From positions 39,184,001 through 39,248,000 of the forward strand of contig NC_079167.1 of NCBI RefSeq assembly GCF_947568905.1: a DNA stretch of 64,000 nt, written 5' to 3'. Positions 1 to 15,508 of the stretch are shown one piece after another. Source of the stretch: Ostrea edulis. Taxonomy: Eukaryota. Below the pieces are notes generated by a model, which saw nothing but the letters and a program-made list of their open reading frames with translations, made no database searches and was not told where the DNA came from. The position numbers were made by a program, and so were the translations under genes. Position 1 is the first letter of the stretch, and each line of letters starts with the position of its first letter.

Positions 1-1368
1 CATCTTTTAAACAGGTCAGTCATTTTATATATCATGTTGTGCATGTGCACGGCAAAATTCGGAGTGTAAATTTGAATACTTTACGAGGGTGGAGAATGCA
101 TGAAAATTCGCCCCAAAAACCTTTAATGGCAAAATGCATGAAGGTAAACTTTAAAATCAATACAGATTTGCAAGACATTCTAGACTTTTTATCACGTAGC
201 TTTGATCCTAAGCTCCTAAAAAATGGAACTGGGTGCAGTTATTGATGCAATATATATTGCGCTGTTCCATTTGGCCATGAAATGCAAGTAAAGGAAAAAG
301 TAGGTAAAAATTGCTACCTGGAGTAGGTTTAAACACCTACGTAGGTAGAAATAGTCTTTGGACTGGACCTGCTGAATAGTTGAGATATTGGTTCTCCATT
401 AATATTCATCTTTTACCATAAATGGAAATCATGACCCGACTCCGTATATACAAATTAGGATTATCACATTTTTAGCACTGATTGAGAAAAAACTGAAAAT
501 ATCAAAAATATCCTTTTATAGATTTTTTTCACACGATCAACTTCAAAATCTGAATTATTAGACAAAAGATCAAGCGGATAAAATAGCGTCACTCAGACAG
601 TGTTGCGCGCCGACTGTAAAACGCAAACACTAGAGCAGGAATTAATAATTAGATTTAATGTTATAACATTTTGCTAAAATATGGTATAAAAAGCTTTACA
701 TTAAAGCAGAATCAACCTTTTATCACTTTTCTTCGCTCTTCGCGCACCACAATACACCGGATATGTTCTTGATGTCAACTATTTGAAATTTTCAAACACG
801 GATATTTCCGGATTTTAAGATAGCTCGTACCTCATTTCTTTCGAGTTGTGTTGTAAAAATATTCTCCAGAGAATCTTTCTATCTCTGTAAGATTATAATT
901 AACTTACTTTCTACAGACCAACTAAAAAGAACCCAAGCCTTGTTTCAATAATTATTTTTGTGATCAGAACCCCTCCCTGCCCTAAAACATCACTCATATC
1001 AGCTGCATTTTTGTATTAGTATAGACAAATCCGACGACTCCCTGTATTTACAACTAGGGAGATTGAGAACTGCAGCTAGTTTCATAAACTCCTGGGATTT
1101 CCATACTCAAACTGTATTCTTAAAAACCCTTCATTGATATACTGCATACAGCAACTGCCATCCAGCTCTTGACTGACCACTTCCTAACTCTTCTCTACCA
1201 GAACATTCCAAAGTCATGTCCAATCACGACCACCATCTTTCCAAGTCTTATACAATTTTGCACTTGGTACACCATCCCACCACTGTAGAGTCTTTCCAGT
1301 GATATGGCAACAATTTTGCAAGAACTACTTTTCGAAGAGCTCCCGGAGTTTAAAAGACACGATTGTAT

Positions 1369-2121
1369 AACAAGATTGCTACACGTAACCATGTCCCCAA
1401 CCGCCACGAAAAAAATTGAAGCACAAAAGTCCCATAACTCTTGTAAAATTTGTCGAATCAAAATGGCGGCGCAATATGATCTACATGTGGTGACTAACAA
1501 TCCTACAAAACTTGAATGAAATCCGGTGAGCGGTTTCAGAGGAGTTGCATCCACAAAGTGTTCCTATAGTGTACTATGTACAAATTCAACAAAGTTCAAT
1601 AACTCCTATGAAATTTGTCAAATCAAAATGGTAGCACAATATGATCAACTACACATGGTGACTAACAACCCCACAAAATATGAACAAAATCCATTGAGCG
1701 GTTTCGGAGGAGTTGCGTTCACAAGTGTTGCTATAGTGTAGCATGTACAAATTCAACAAAGTCCCATAACTCCTGTCAAAATTGTCGAATCAAAATTCCA
1801 GCATAATATGATCAACTACACATGGTGACTAACAATCCTACTTAATATGAACAAAATCTGTTGAGCGGTTTCTGAGGAGTTGTGTCCACAAAGTGTTCCT
1901 ATAGTGTAGCATGTACAAATTCAACAAAGTCCCATAACTCCTGTCAAAATTGTCGAATCAAAATTCCAGCATATGATCAACTACACATGGTGACTAACAA
2001 TCCTACTTAATATGAAAAAAATCTGTTGAGCGGTTTCTGAGGAATTGTGTCCACAAAGTGAAGTGGGACGGACAGACACCGGTATTTCTATGTTCCCTTC
2101 CACGTTGCAGTGGGGGACAAT
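1369..2121 (+). mobile_element. Non-autonomous Helentron/pearl-like element with about four ~167-bp core repeats
   Basis: Starts AACAAGAT..ATGTCCCC. Core monomers recur (AACTC anchor at 1436, 1601, 1768, 1936). A short GGGACGGACAGACA microsatellite follows, and the element ends TTTCTATGTTCCC..GGGGGACAA. This matches the architecture of bivalve pearl/HINE elements. Confidence 0.65.
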
Positions 2122-3841
2122 TGAATACAACAATCTGTTTGCTAGCTGTTCTAGAATAGAGACATTGTTGGAAACTCACGGTCAGTTGCACTCTTGAGGT
2201 AAAAAAAGTGTGACCAACCGTGGGTTTCTGACGATGGAATATAGAACTCTTTCAGATCTATTGCATTTCTAGTATTTGATTCAAATAGCACCACTCTGAG
2301 GCCAGAATCCCCAAACCATGGGTTGTAACAATACAGTTTCGATAGCAGTTTCCATGACTATCATGAATAATAACATACACCCAATCTGTCTGTTTTTGAT
2401 GCCCAGAGGTAAAGAAGATTTTTACAAACTGCAACCTATCTAAAAGTTTTAGCCTCATCTCCAAGGACAATAATTTTTAAAATTTTTGTTCCTCTATAAC
2501 CAAAGGTGTTTCACCAAGTTTTATGAAATCAGTGGGAAATATCTAAATACGCAGTTAATGGACAACACAAGACGTACATCTCATGACGAACTGGACACAA
2601 AGATTGCAGTAAATGAGGTACATGGAACCTATAAAGGAAAAAGTCTAAACACACTGTGATGTCCACTTAGTTACACAACACATAATTTTATTCATATCAC
2701 ACTACAAATTATGCTTTGATATATTTTTAAGTTATCATATCTAAATAGCAAATTGTTGTCCATTCATAAGAGACATTACAATTCCAGACATACGCTACAC
2801 AAAGATGATATACCCCTGCAGTTCTGAAAATACAAACTTGAATAGAGTGTACAATATATTAGAGATTTAGAAGAAGGACAACTTAATGTGGATGTTACGT
2901 TTGATGCTCCCACAACACATTATCATGATTACGTAGATCAAACTAAGTTTTGTTGTTTTTCCATACCAATTTTTCGAGTTAACAGCAGGCCTGGAGGTTA
3001 TGAAAATTTTTGAGCACCTTTTCATACTCAAACGCCGTGCTCTAAATCGTACTAATACGCAAAAGTGAAGGTTATAAAACGTTTATAAAATAATTTTCAC
3101 ACTCAAATGGAGTACATGCTCAAGATTTTTAGAGCCAGGTAAAAAAAAAATTTGAATGAAATGTACATGGTAAAATGAGTTCCATAAATAACGGTTCAAC
3201 ATCCTATCACTCATGAAGATTTCCAACAAAATCAAATTTGACACTATGTGCTACCTTTGTGTGTGTACTAATATCCTACTTGATAGAAACTACAGCTAGA
3301 AAATGTATAGGAAGAATTACTCACAAGTGGACAAATCATGTACAATAAATGATTAAAGAAATGACAAGTTCAACTGTCATTTGTGAGAATTTACAGAAAA
3401 TCAAAATCATGAAAATTTGCACAACTGTACTACATGTATCTGTAATAAAATCTTAATTTACCAATGTTTTCTAAGCAATAAACCTATGGTTTTTCAATGT
3501 ATATATTATCAAAACACTGACCTAAAAGACACAAGTAATTTCAGAACATGAACATAAGAAATAAATGCCTACTTTTGTTTGTATTATAAAGTGGTAGAAA
3601 CATGGGGTTATTTTTTGTATAATTACCAATCAAACAATTACCCCATGCATCTATCATTTTCATACCCCCCCCCCCCCCCCCCCTTCATAAAAACATCTTA
3701 TTCCTGAAATCACACTCAATATAAAATTCCTAGCTTGAAAACTGTATAGCAGACAGACAAATCATCAACTCTGCATGCATAATCTAAGTTGCGGGGGCAT
3801 CAAAATTGAGCACAAAAGTCTTTTAGTTCATTGTTTGTCGA

Positions 3842-6800
3842 TCAAAGAAGGAATGGAACGATGCTCTTTCGGGAACGAGGGTAGTCCTTGAATTCCTTTT
3901 TGTAGTTTCGATGTTTCCCTAGAGCCCATACTGCCATCTGGTAAAATCCACAAGTTGTGAACAATGCAGCTGAAAATATAAAAGTAAAGGTACATAACAG
4001 ACACGTAGAACTGACTGAAGTCATAGCTCCACTCGGTGCTGTATTGGATGAGAAGGATTATTTTGTTATATCTATATATAATGGCTCCTATATAGTCAAG
4101 TCCAATAATTTGAATGTTACAGAAACTGATCTTTAAAACTTGACAGTTATATAAAAAAGAATTGACTGGTATGACATAAATCCAAGTAAGACATCACATG
4201 CTATGCAGCGTATATCTCAGAGACTAGCTATCACATCACACACATCTGATTGGTGTGGATGAAAGGGCATAACAAAACAGTTGTTGACAGGGATTTCGAT
4301 CTTCAGCCTAAGCAACAGTTTGTGCTCATGTCCAACAGATCAGCTGTGCCTTCCATCCTAGTCAATAACTGTTTTAGTTGATTATTTCACTGCCAGGGGA
4401 GATAACTGTTCTCTGCCTTACCTGGCAAACACTGGGTCATGACACTAAAACTGATCCAGGCAATTGCTTCATAGGTGTAATTAGGACAGGACACAAGGTT
4501 AAATAATTGGGTCAAGGGGTTACTGTCTGGGACAGGAATTTTCCTAGTCTTTGATCCTACTGGTCTCATGTTTCTGAAGGCAACGTGGATAGAGAAATTT
4601 CCCAGCTCTCCAATCTAAACAGAAAGGAAACATCTCACAGGAATTGATATGTTGTGATAAAAATAGGTTTAGACAGTGACTAATTCAACTTCCAGTCCAA
4701 TGTGAAGGTAGTGGCATGTCAAGTTTCACATTCATACTTACAATGTGAAGGTAGTAGTATATCAAGTTTCACATTCATACTTACAATGAAACCAGCAAGG
4801 CCACCAAAAATCTGTCTATCTCCAAATGCTGAAAAATTAAATGCTTTCTATTAATGTTCCATCTATTATATCATCTCATTAAAATATTACCATTACAAGT
4901 GGTTTTTTGTTTTGTTTTAGTGTATGCATTCTCCACATCAATCTCACCTGGTACAGTATACAATGGGTGATTAATGAAGTAAGAAATCAGCCCTGCAAAT
5001 CCCCAGTAGTAAGAACAATTCTGTAAAATAGGAGTTATCATATTTATGAAAGTTTATTGCCTTTAACACTTCATGGTGATCTAGAAATGTAAAATTCACT
5101 TTTTCTCTTTCCAGATAAAATTCAATTCAATTTATCTATTGACATCACCATGTTGGTATACAACCAAGATTTAAGTACAGGAACAGATAAACAAACAATC
5201 AAATTATGAACTGATAATAGTTATTACTAATTAGCATGTAAAATGCACCGAAGAGCACCAGTCAGTCTTTTGCAGTACATAAATTTTGTTTCTTGTGCAT
5301 AACACATTCATCTGAAGAGTTACACATATTTTACAAATTCAAAATCCCATGGGGATAACACCTTAGTATAATTGGTTATTAAAAATATCAGCATATTTAA
5401 AATCGAAAATTATTGTCAACAGGACAGTATTAAAGCAAAAAGTGTTTTTCACCCTCAATAAACAACTTACAGATGGGACAATTTTCTTTCAGAATTATTA
5501 GTTTACAATTCCTGCCTTTTTCAACAAGTAATGATAATAAAGTATTAACATGAAATGATGCCTGTAATGAACCTACAAAATAACCCATTTTAATCTATAT
5601 TGCTGTCATACATACCTTGAATAAATTTGCAATGGGCATGGTTGCATTAGAAAATCTATGAATGAATATTGTCTCCAGCAGCCTCTTGATGTAGTGAAAT
5701 GAGAAACAAGCACACGCGATACTGAAAGTACAACATCAGCTGACGATCACATCATGCACCAGCTATTTATTACAATTTTGAAGTGTGATTTATGCTTCCA
5801 AAAAATAGCTGTAAAATCTTAAGATATCTATCTTCAGTAAAGTTCCAAGAATATCAGCACTCGGGTACTTTACAACTACACTGTATATAGAATCATTTAA
5901 AAAACATTTTATGTGTGCTATTTTGAGAAATATATTCATTGGCATCTAGAACATCACCTACTTGACAACCTGTGCTCTCGGTTCTGATGCAGCTGCTACA
6001 CCATATATCAGAGCAGGTCTCGTGTAAAAGATCAGGTAGATAGCTAAAGGACCAGCGTATTCTGACATAAATACCTACCAAAGAATGCACAGAGAAATTA
6101 ACATTTAATTCCGTACACTTACTCTAAATAACACTTTATTCATGTTTATTTTTTATTTACGTGTAATTTCGCAAGATTAGTCATTCATAAATATTTAGTT
6201 CTCGCAAATAAAGTCTTATCGAAGTAAAATTAACAATTCTTATTCTGTTCACATATTTTGAATATTTTTCCTAATTTTGTTATACTAATAATCATAAAAT
6301 CTTATCTCCAATAAACATCTTTATATAAACATAATAATGTACAGCTGAAGGCAATACACACCGTGGTCCAACCAATTTGGGGACCGAGGTCTTTAAAGTA
6401 CAAGGAACCTTTCTTTCCAGAAAATCCCAAACTGCCCAAAGTCTCTTCATCTTTTAGCATCTTCCCCTCTGAAAAATGTTATCACAATTGTTAAAAATGT
6501 ATCAAAATCTTACTACTAGGAAAATGAAGGATGGAATTCACTTCTATAATAACTGGAACTTATTTTGTTATTTTTGTTTTTTGTGGTTCTGATACTAACT
6601 TGGGTCAACTTTGAAAGCTTGTCTTGTTGGGTAGTACTTTGGATCTGTTGAAGAACAAGAATATTCAATGTGATGTAATGAGCATTTTAAATTAAAAAAA
6701 AAATTGACCTGCTTTTTAAATTAAAAATGTGCGGGGTGCACACAGGGAAACTGAAGTTTGCAGTCTGTAAGTACTGCACATTAATATATACAAGCACCCG

Positions 6801-9800
6801 TATACACATACGTATAAATTATCAATAAAAGAAACAAGTGTTCATGATGCAGCATAAACTGAATAGCACATGAACATATTTTAAAAACAATTTAAGAAGT
6901 ATGAGGTCTACTAAACACATACGACTTCTCTGATATTCCTTTTTGACATCCAGCACTGTTGATTTAGGTGTCACCTGTAAAATAAAACTCCTACATCAAT
7001 TCTATTACTGTAATTAATTTTATCATATATTCATCTCATAGCAATATTATCAAAACAATTTATCTTTAGAAAAAAACATTCCAGAAAAATACGTAACAGA
7101 ACCACTTGTTTACTGTTTAGCGTTAAATTTGTATGAGTGATATTTCAAATAGTACTCACATTTGTGATAGTTGCTAAACTTTTGCCAGACTTGGCATGCA
7201 AAACAGCAATCTGAAAGAAAGTGAGAATGGTAAGAATTTGCTCTGACTGATGATAACCTAACAGAATGGTTTTCTGTATTACAAGGTCACTGAATTTCTT
7301 GATACAACTGCATCACTTTTCACAGTATGTTTGGTATCTATTGTGCCATTAAGTAGTCCGCATTGTATGTTGACACCACTAGTCCCTACCAACAGCATGG
7401 AGAGGAATGCAAGTCTCAATTTAGGTTGAGATCGGCTAGCATCTTGAGGAGGAGTCTCAGTCTTCTAGACTTACTGTCCTGCCAATAAGTCTGCAAACCT
7501 ATGTGTATGCTGTTGTTTGTTTTTTAAATCAATAACTTAATGTTAACATTATAAGCAAGCATTCCGTACTCCAGATTGAGATTAGACTAGAGTAAGGTCA
7601 GTATACTGTATGTTACAGTGCATTCTGATCTACACCTAGACATATATAATAAAGTAGATACATCATATTATTTTCCTATTCATGGTTGGCATTTATTTAA
7701 CGTATTTACAAACAACTACTAGATTTTCACCAGCGTATTATAATGGGAAGGGCATTCCAAGAAAATCAAGACTGTATCCATAATCTCATGGGAACTTGGA
7801 TATCCATGTCACTTATTGCAACTTGAATTGGACATCACGTCACTCATTGTCACATATAATTGGTCGTTCCAGCACATCCCGAAAGTTCCGTATTGGATAC
7901 CCTGTCACTCATGGCAACTTGGACACCACATATTAGTTATTACTCATGGCAATTTGGATACCAATTCTTTTTTTATTTTTTATTTTTCATGTACGACATA
8001 CTTTAATGTGCATTTGTCATTTAAACAATCATGACAATCATTTAAACATCATGATCCTATGAAAATTTAGAGAAAATAACATTCAACCTCAAAGTAAAAG
8101 AAAGAGAAAGTTACAAGTGTAGTTCTAACTGTGACTGGTTTTTTCCATAGCAAATTAACTGAGTAAAATCTGGTGTTATTATATTATTACATATATATTG
8201 CACTTTATACATCAGTTACGGTTGATTATAATGTTATTGATTTTTCTCAATTTGATAAAAGAAAGTGGGCAATTTTTTCCCAATTTACTGTAAAGCTCAG
8301 GCCCCTTATGAAAAAGGTAAGAAAAATCACTGTATATGTGTGTATGTAGGCAGGGGCAGTTACTACCAATCTAATTAAAATTAGATCCTTTGATCCGCTC
8401 ACGTATATTGCTACACAAGGTAAATACGATATATAGTGATATACATGAGTGGATCAAAGGATCTTATTTTAATTAGATTGATTTATTACATATCACTGAT
8501 AATTAAAAAAAACCAAAAAACGATACACCTCTCTCTTCAATATCAGGAGATAAATAATTACGTTATGGGAGTCTTCATATGAACAGAAAATTTAGTGACT
8601 GTTTTTACTTTGGAATTTTCATACCTAGACAGTAAGCAATGCAGCATTAATACAGGACTTTCGAGATACTGATCCACTCTGACTTTTATCGCGCGTTGAA
8701 CGTAATTTGTAGGGCATGTCATTTCCGGATTACAATAATGACTAAATACACAAGCATGGGATTCTTCTATAGCTATCAAATTACTGTATCAAAGTGCTAT
8801 TTTTCAAAGAAAGGAATCACTACAACTATTTATAGGACGATGCATATCATTAAATTATGCGAGTTGGAGAGGAAAACAAATCTAGGGAATATTTTGAGGA
8901 TATCGGTAGAACTTCACACCTTCCATCCAAGGATAGGCGTCTAAATGCGCCTTTTTCCTTCCATCTAATTTACACCCAGGTACTTAGCACCAATAGTGAC
9001 TTGGATCGTCATCATGGGACTGCGCATAACTCTTTACGGACCGTCTTTTAGCGAAACCCCAGTTGTACTGATGTCAACTTTGCCCTACAATTGCTTACTA
9101 TCACGTGACCGGGGTGTATAAACGTCAAGTCTAATCGGTCGTTCCGGAACATCCCGAAAGTTCCATATTGTGATAGAGAGTTAGTTTTTGCACTAATCTT
9201 GGCCGGGATTCTGCATAACTGGATATTAGACTGAAGCCTTCACTGAATCTTTAAATAGGCTGTTTCACCTGAGTGCACATCAATTATTAGAAACAATCGA
9301 AGATGAATGTGAATTTCCAGACATGAATGATGCTCTGAGATTTGGTGAAGGCGCCAGCCCAAATATCCAGCTGAGCCATGCTTTTTTTTATGTATACACA
9401 TGATACACCTTTTCTTAAAACGACATAAAAAGCGGATTTTGGTGGTGGATTTTATTTCTATAATTCGGACACAAATATTGCAAAACTTCAGTTTATTATT
9501 CGGGAACAAATAATACAAAACTTCAATATCTGACAACCAAGCCCCCGTGAATCTCAGCTGAGATTACATGTAATGAGGTATTTGTCATTTTTTGTCTCAC
9601 TTTACTGAAGAGTATATTAGCCTATAGGCCTATAAATTATGTTATTATTTTTTAAGCAGAGGAATATATAATCACATATCCGCCGCTTTAATAAAGAACG
9701 CACACATTTAGCATGTGCTTCTTACAATATAATCTAAATTACTATTGTATTGTCGTATCCATGGCTCTTGAGAAGCTTAAATCATCTCAAAATATGCAAA

Positions 9801-9865
9801 TGTTTTAATGGATGTTATATGCCAAGAGAAATATCGTCATTTTTGGAAAGTAATAATACCTCCAT
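3842..9865 (-). CDS. TECR: Very-long-chain enoyl-CoA reductase (trans-2,3-enoyl-CoA reductase), 11 coding exons, 305 aa
   Basis: Manually spliced: complement join(9860..9865,7160..7210,6923..6974,6600..6644,6362..6468,5962..6074,5616..5721,4948..5020,4785..4828,4422..4614,3842..3969) = 918 nt. All introns are GT-AG with consistent phases. Motifs: [86 protein letters not shown]. The 6-nt first coding exon (ATG GAG, donor GTATTA) is the least certain part. Confidence 0.95.
8367..8480. mobile_element. Small palindromic MITE (copy 1) in TECR intron 1
   Basis: Termini CAATCTAATTAAAATTAGATCC...GGATCTTATTTTAATTAGATTG are inverted repeats. The same family occurs at 15401-15508. Confidence 0.7.
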
Positions 9866-10143
9866 CTCTGTCTGTCTTTTTGTTGAAGCGACCCTCTTTA
9901 AGTCAAATGCCGGTCAGATAAACCTCCGGCTAGCACATTCGACTTTGCCCAACAGTTATTAAATAGAATCCCGATCCCGATCTGAAAGTATCACCAACCA
10001 ACCACTGATGTATTTGAAACTTGTCCACTAACCTACAAATGTATATATATTCCTTTCATTATTATGCTACTAAAGTCTTAATTTATTTGTAACATAGGCA
10101 CTTCAAGTAAGAAACCATCGAGGCACATCTGAGGAACCGAAAA

Positions 10144-10182
<39 letters not shown>
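10144..10182. repeat. Poly-G tract (39 nt)
   Basis: Uninterrupted G run. Confidence 0.9.
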
Positions 10183-10184
<2 letters not shown>

Positions 10185-10880
10185 AGAGAGACTGTCCGCT
10201 CACTTTTTAAATATAGTAGTATGGAGTAGTAACAATGTATGATGAAATGAACCCATGTAAAGTGAAGAACGAACCCCCACCCCCATGGCCCAAAATTGGA
10301 AAGAAATTACTTACTTACTTGGGCTAAAAAATTATTTTGGATAATTTTTTATTTGCTTGTCAAGAATTTAAAGAAGACTTTTTTAGTACCTCACAAGTGG
10401 TCATCTCTAAAGCTTACAGAGGGTTGAAACTGACAACTCAGAACGACTTATGAAGGTGATCAGTGGGGAAATAATATATTTTGGATAAATTTTTGCTAGA
10501 TTGTATAAAAATAATTTATTTCTGGAAGGGGGGGGGGTGTACATAAAATCTATACAAGTTATCCACACTTCAGGTGCCTGTGATCAGCACTTGGCTGGGT
10601 GACCACTACAACATTATGTATATATACGTTTGCAAATAATTTCATAGACATCAGTATACATGTATTGAATCTTTCAGATTAGTTGATGAATTGCATCGTC
10701 GCAAACCACGGGTTATTGTTTCATTCAACTTCACACACATCGTGCGATACACGTGCGATACACGTGCGACGATGGATGAATTGTTGCATTGATATTAATT
10801 CCTGGCGGCCAGAATTCGATTAGTGCGTTGCGTGAAATTCATTCAGTACATAGACCCTCTGATTCTGGAGAAAACTGGCC

Positions 10881-11032
10881 ATAATTAATATATATCGACA
10901 CAGTAAATAATAATTAATATATATCGACACAGTAAATAATAATTAATATACATCGACACAGTAAATAATAATTAATATTCATCGACACAGTAAATAATAA
11001 TTAATATACTATCGACACAGTAAATAATAATT
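10881..11032. repeat. ~29-bp minisatellite, 5 copies
   Basis: Unit TAATTAATATATATCGACACAGTAAATAA repeated in tandem. Confidence 0.9.
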
Positions 11033-12466
11033 TGTTTCTTATGCTAGTTGTTCAAAATGTCTGAAGAGTAGTTCTCCCATGGTGATGTACAAGTAATGGT
11101 ACATTTAAATCTCTTTAACACGTTAACGTTTTTATAGGCATGAAGATGTTATGTTGAAAATAGGTCATTGCCTGTTCAATAGCTGTTTGAGCTTCAATGG
11201 TTTAGAACTTGAGCTTGGCGTTGCACGTAAAATTAAAGCTAGGTTTAAGATTTTATAAAAACAAGGATTTCGGTTATATTTTAGAATTATTCTTTTCATG
11301 CACATACTTGTTATATGTGTTTGAAGTAGTGCAGTCACAGAATGGGCAACCTTTAGGTCATAACTTTTAAAAGATACTGCTAGAAATATATCAAACTTTT
11401 ATACTTTGTCAAATAAAGAAAAAAATATGTGGATTATGTCAAATGAATATCATTCAAGCTGGGGAAAAATGTATTTTTTAAAAATAAGAAATAATATTCT
11501 GTGAGTGTGTCATGCAGTTGGAAAAAAAAAAACAACAACAACAAAGCAACAACAACACACCAAACAACAATAATCTGATTACTTTGTTAGTATAAATGTT
11601 ATTTAAAAATTGTTTGTACAATCCCCGACGTGCTACAAACTTCTATAATTAAAGTGGTTTTTGTTTCTCTTGTCATGTTGATGCTATCCATTTGGACTAG
11701 CTTTTCCCTGTTTCTTGTATAAGCCCTCAGAGGCTCTGATAAATCTTATCTACCGATATGGCGGAGTGCTTAGCTTATTTTCCCTTCATGATACGTGATT
11801 TTTATTTCCATTGGTTTCCAGGGATTTAAAAATAAAATAAAAAATATGATGAAATATTAATTAAATTGTGCGTGGGATTCGAGCTCCCAACGTGAGTTAT
11901 CGAACATAGCGACGAGGCATCGCATGGATCATGATATCGTCGAATAGGTCTTCTCAACATATATAATTGTAACTTCTGTTCTATAACGTTTAACAATATG
12001 TATGTTTGTGCATTATTCTCTTAATTTTGAAAAGTGGACAGACATTCATGGATGTAGGCTACGTCTGTGCATTTCTCTAAAGAGAATGGTTTAAATACAT
12101 ACATTCAAAATCAGTTTATACAGTTACATGTCTCGCAACGTGCTTCTGAATCCTTATTTGAATTATATACATGTATATCACTTAATGATCTATACAAACA
12201 TATTACTTATTTTTTTGCAGTAAATAGTTTTCGCTATGCCAGTTTTGTTGAGCGCCTGGTACGAAGCATATATTTTCCTCATACATTGAAGAAATCGACC
12301 AATCGTTAACTATTTGGATCATTACACCGAAGATATCAAAGTTCCCTGTAGAGTTTATCCCTATGCCATCTGTATAATAAAGCTTAATTAATGAAATATA
12401 AGAAACCAAGGTAAATGTGCTAATTTTAATTTGATTTAAGCTGCTAAACATTAATATTAGTTCTCA

Positions 12467-14051
<1,585 letters not shown>

Positions 14052-14088
14052 TTAACTTGAACAAATCAACAGATGTTCTAATCGGCGT

Positions 14089-14124
14089 AAATGAACGCAA
14101 GCCTGACGCTCTGTCCTTTTTATA
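14089..14124 (-). promoter_or_regulatory. Actin core promoter: TATA box and initiator
   Basis: On the minus strand, TATAAAAA lies at 14124-14117 and an Inr-like TTCATTT at 14095-14089. The initiator A is at 14092, 32 nt from the TATA start. Confidence 0.7.
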
Positions 14125-14157
14125 TGCGGTTAGTGAAATCCGTCTTCAGAACGATTG

Positions 14158-14167
14158 CCATATATGG
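14158..14167. promoter_or_regulatory. CArG box (SRF site) upstream of actin
   Basis: CCATATATGG fits CC(A/T)6GG and sits inside the perfect palindrome TTGCCATATATGGCAA, about 70 nt upstream of the predicted TSS. CArG boxes are typical of actin promoters. Confidence 0.8.
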
Positions 14168-14478
14168 CAACGTTGCGTCGTTTTAATTATGTTAGGTCAA
14201 GCATATATTAGATATGAAAATTATCTCGTATAAACTGTATAGAGCTAAAGTAACAATTGTGTACGAAAGGTATAATTTATGCACTATGCGTATACCTTGA
14301 CCTTGTACAAAAAATTCTACCATAGAAAAATGCTGTCTGTAAATGTAAATGAATTAATTGGAGAGAGAGAGAGAGAAAGAGAGAAAGAGATAGAGAGGGG
14401 GGAAGAGCATTTGAATGCAACAGCACGATCTTGTCACTTGAATTACAATTACTTCGAAGAAAAAAATCCAGATATTGA

Positions 14479-14512
<34 letters not shown>

Positions 14513-15400
14513 ATCCCCTGGAAATCTTATCATAGAGCAGGCTATTCTCCTCCATAGAAATCCTACCCCAGAGTCAGTAATCCATGGGAAAAATTTTCCT
14601 TCAGTTTACAGCTATTTTTCTATATAGTATCATCCTCAAATCTTACTTCTTCGTAGGTCCCTTAAGCAGACACGTCGTGACGTCAGTTACTTTTTTCAAC
14701 ACCACTGAGTCGATTTCAATTAAACCTGTCACAAGTCGTTCTTGGATGGAGGGGACTCAAGTTTGTTCAAATGAGAGGGGGATACTTCTTCCAAGGTGGA
14801 GATTGAAAAGGTAGTGAAAATGGGCTGAGGTTTTGAAGAATGCATGTTTTATTGAAAGTCAAACCTTGCTCAAGGGCGTTCAAACCACAGATTCACATAG
14901 AAAAATATCAGTGGAAGATGCAGAAATTTCAGAATGGGGGAAGGGGACAGTAAAAAGGGCTAGAGGGGGTCTGTCTTCATGTTCCCAGTGGCTTTAAAGC
15001 CCTTGTGGGAGACCAGGGCGCAATGCCCCCCGAAACTACAGATTTTTGACAGAATAAGACGTATATATGTGTGAAAGTATTTTCGACATTTTTCTGTAAA
15101 AACAAAATGGGGAGGGGTGTGCGTCTGGTGTTGGATCCTCCACTGAAGGTAGTGATACAAAGGTACAATTTGTCATTTTATGCATAATCCTCCTCCTCAT
15201 TAATGTAGTGTCATGTTTGTTCAAACCACACCCAAGGGCACACACTAGAAGTCAGAATAAGAGGACATAAGGATATTCAATCAATCACTGATAATTAGTG
15301 CGGCTATTAAATGTTTATAGTTGTCCAATAGCAGGTTTTGGTGTATTGTTAGGCTGGCTTTAGTGTTCCAGTATTACATGCTTTTCATCAAGGGGGTTCT

Positions 15401-15508
15401 TCAATCTAATTAAAATTAGATCCTATGGCCCGCTCATCTACTATCTCTACACATATGTGTAGCGATAGTAGATGAGCGTATTATAGGATCTAATTTTAAT
15501 TAGATTGA
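15401..15508. mobile_element. Small palindromic MITE (copy 2), possible 8-bp TSD (hAT-like)
   Basis: TCAATCTAATTAAAATTAGATCC...GGATCTAATTTTAATTAGATTGA, nearly fully self-complementary. Flanks are GGGGTTCT and GGGGTTCC. Confidence 0.7.

Noticed and set aside
7475-7498. 24-nt phase-0 cassette microexon in TECR intron 1 (VCRLIGRT, donor GTAAGT)
   Set aside because: The acceptor lacks a polypyrimidine tract (A-rich), and the protein aligns to orthologs without it.
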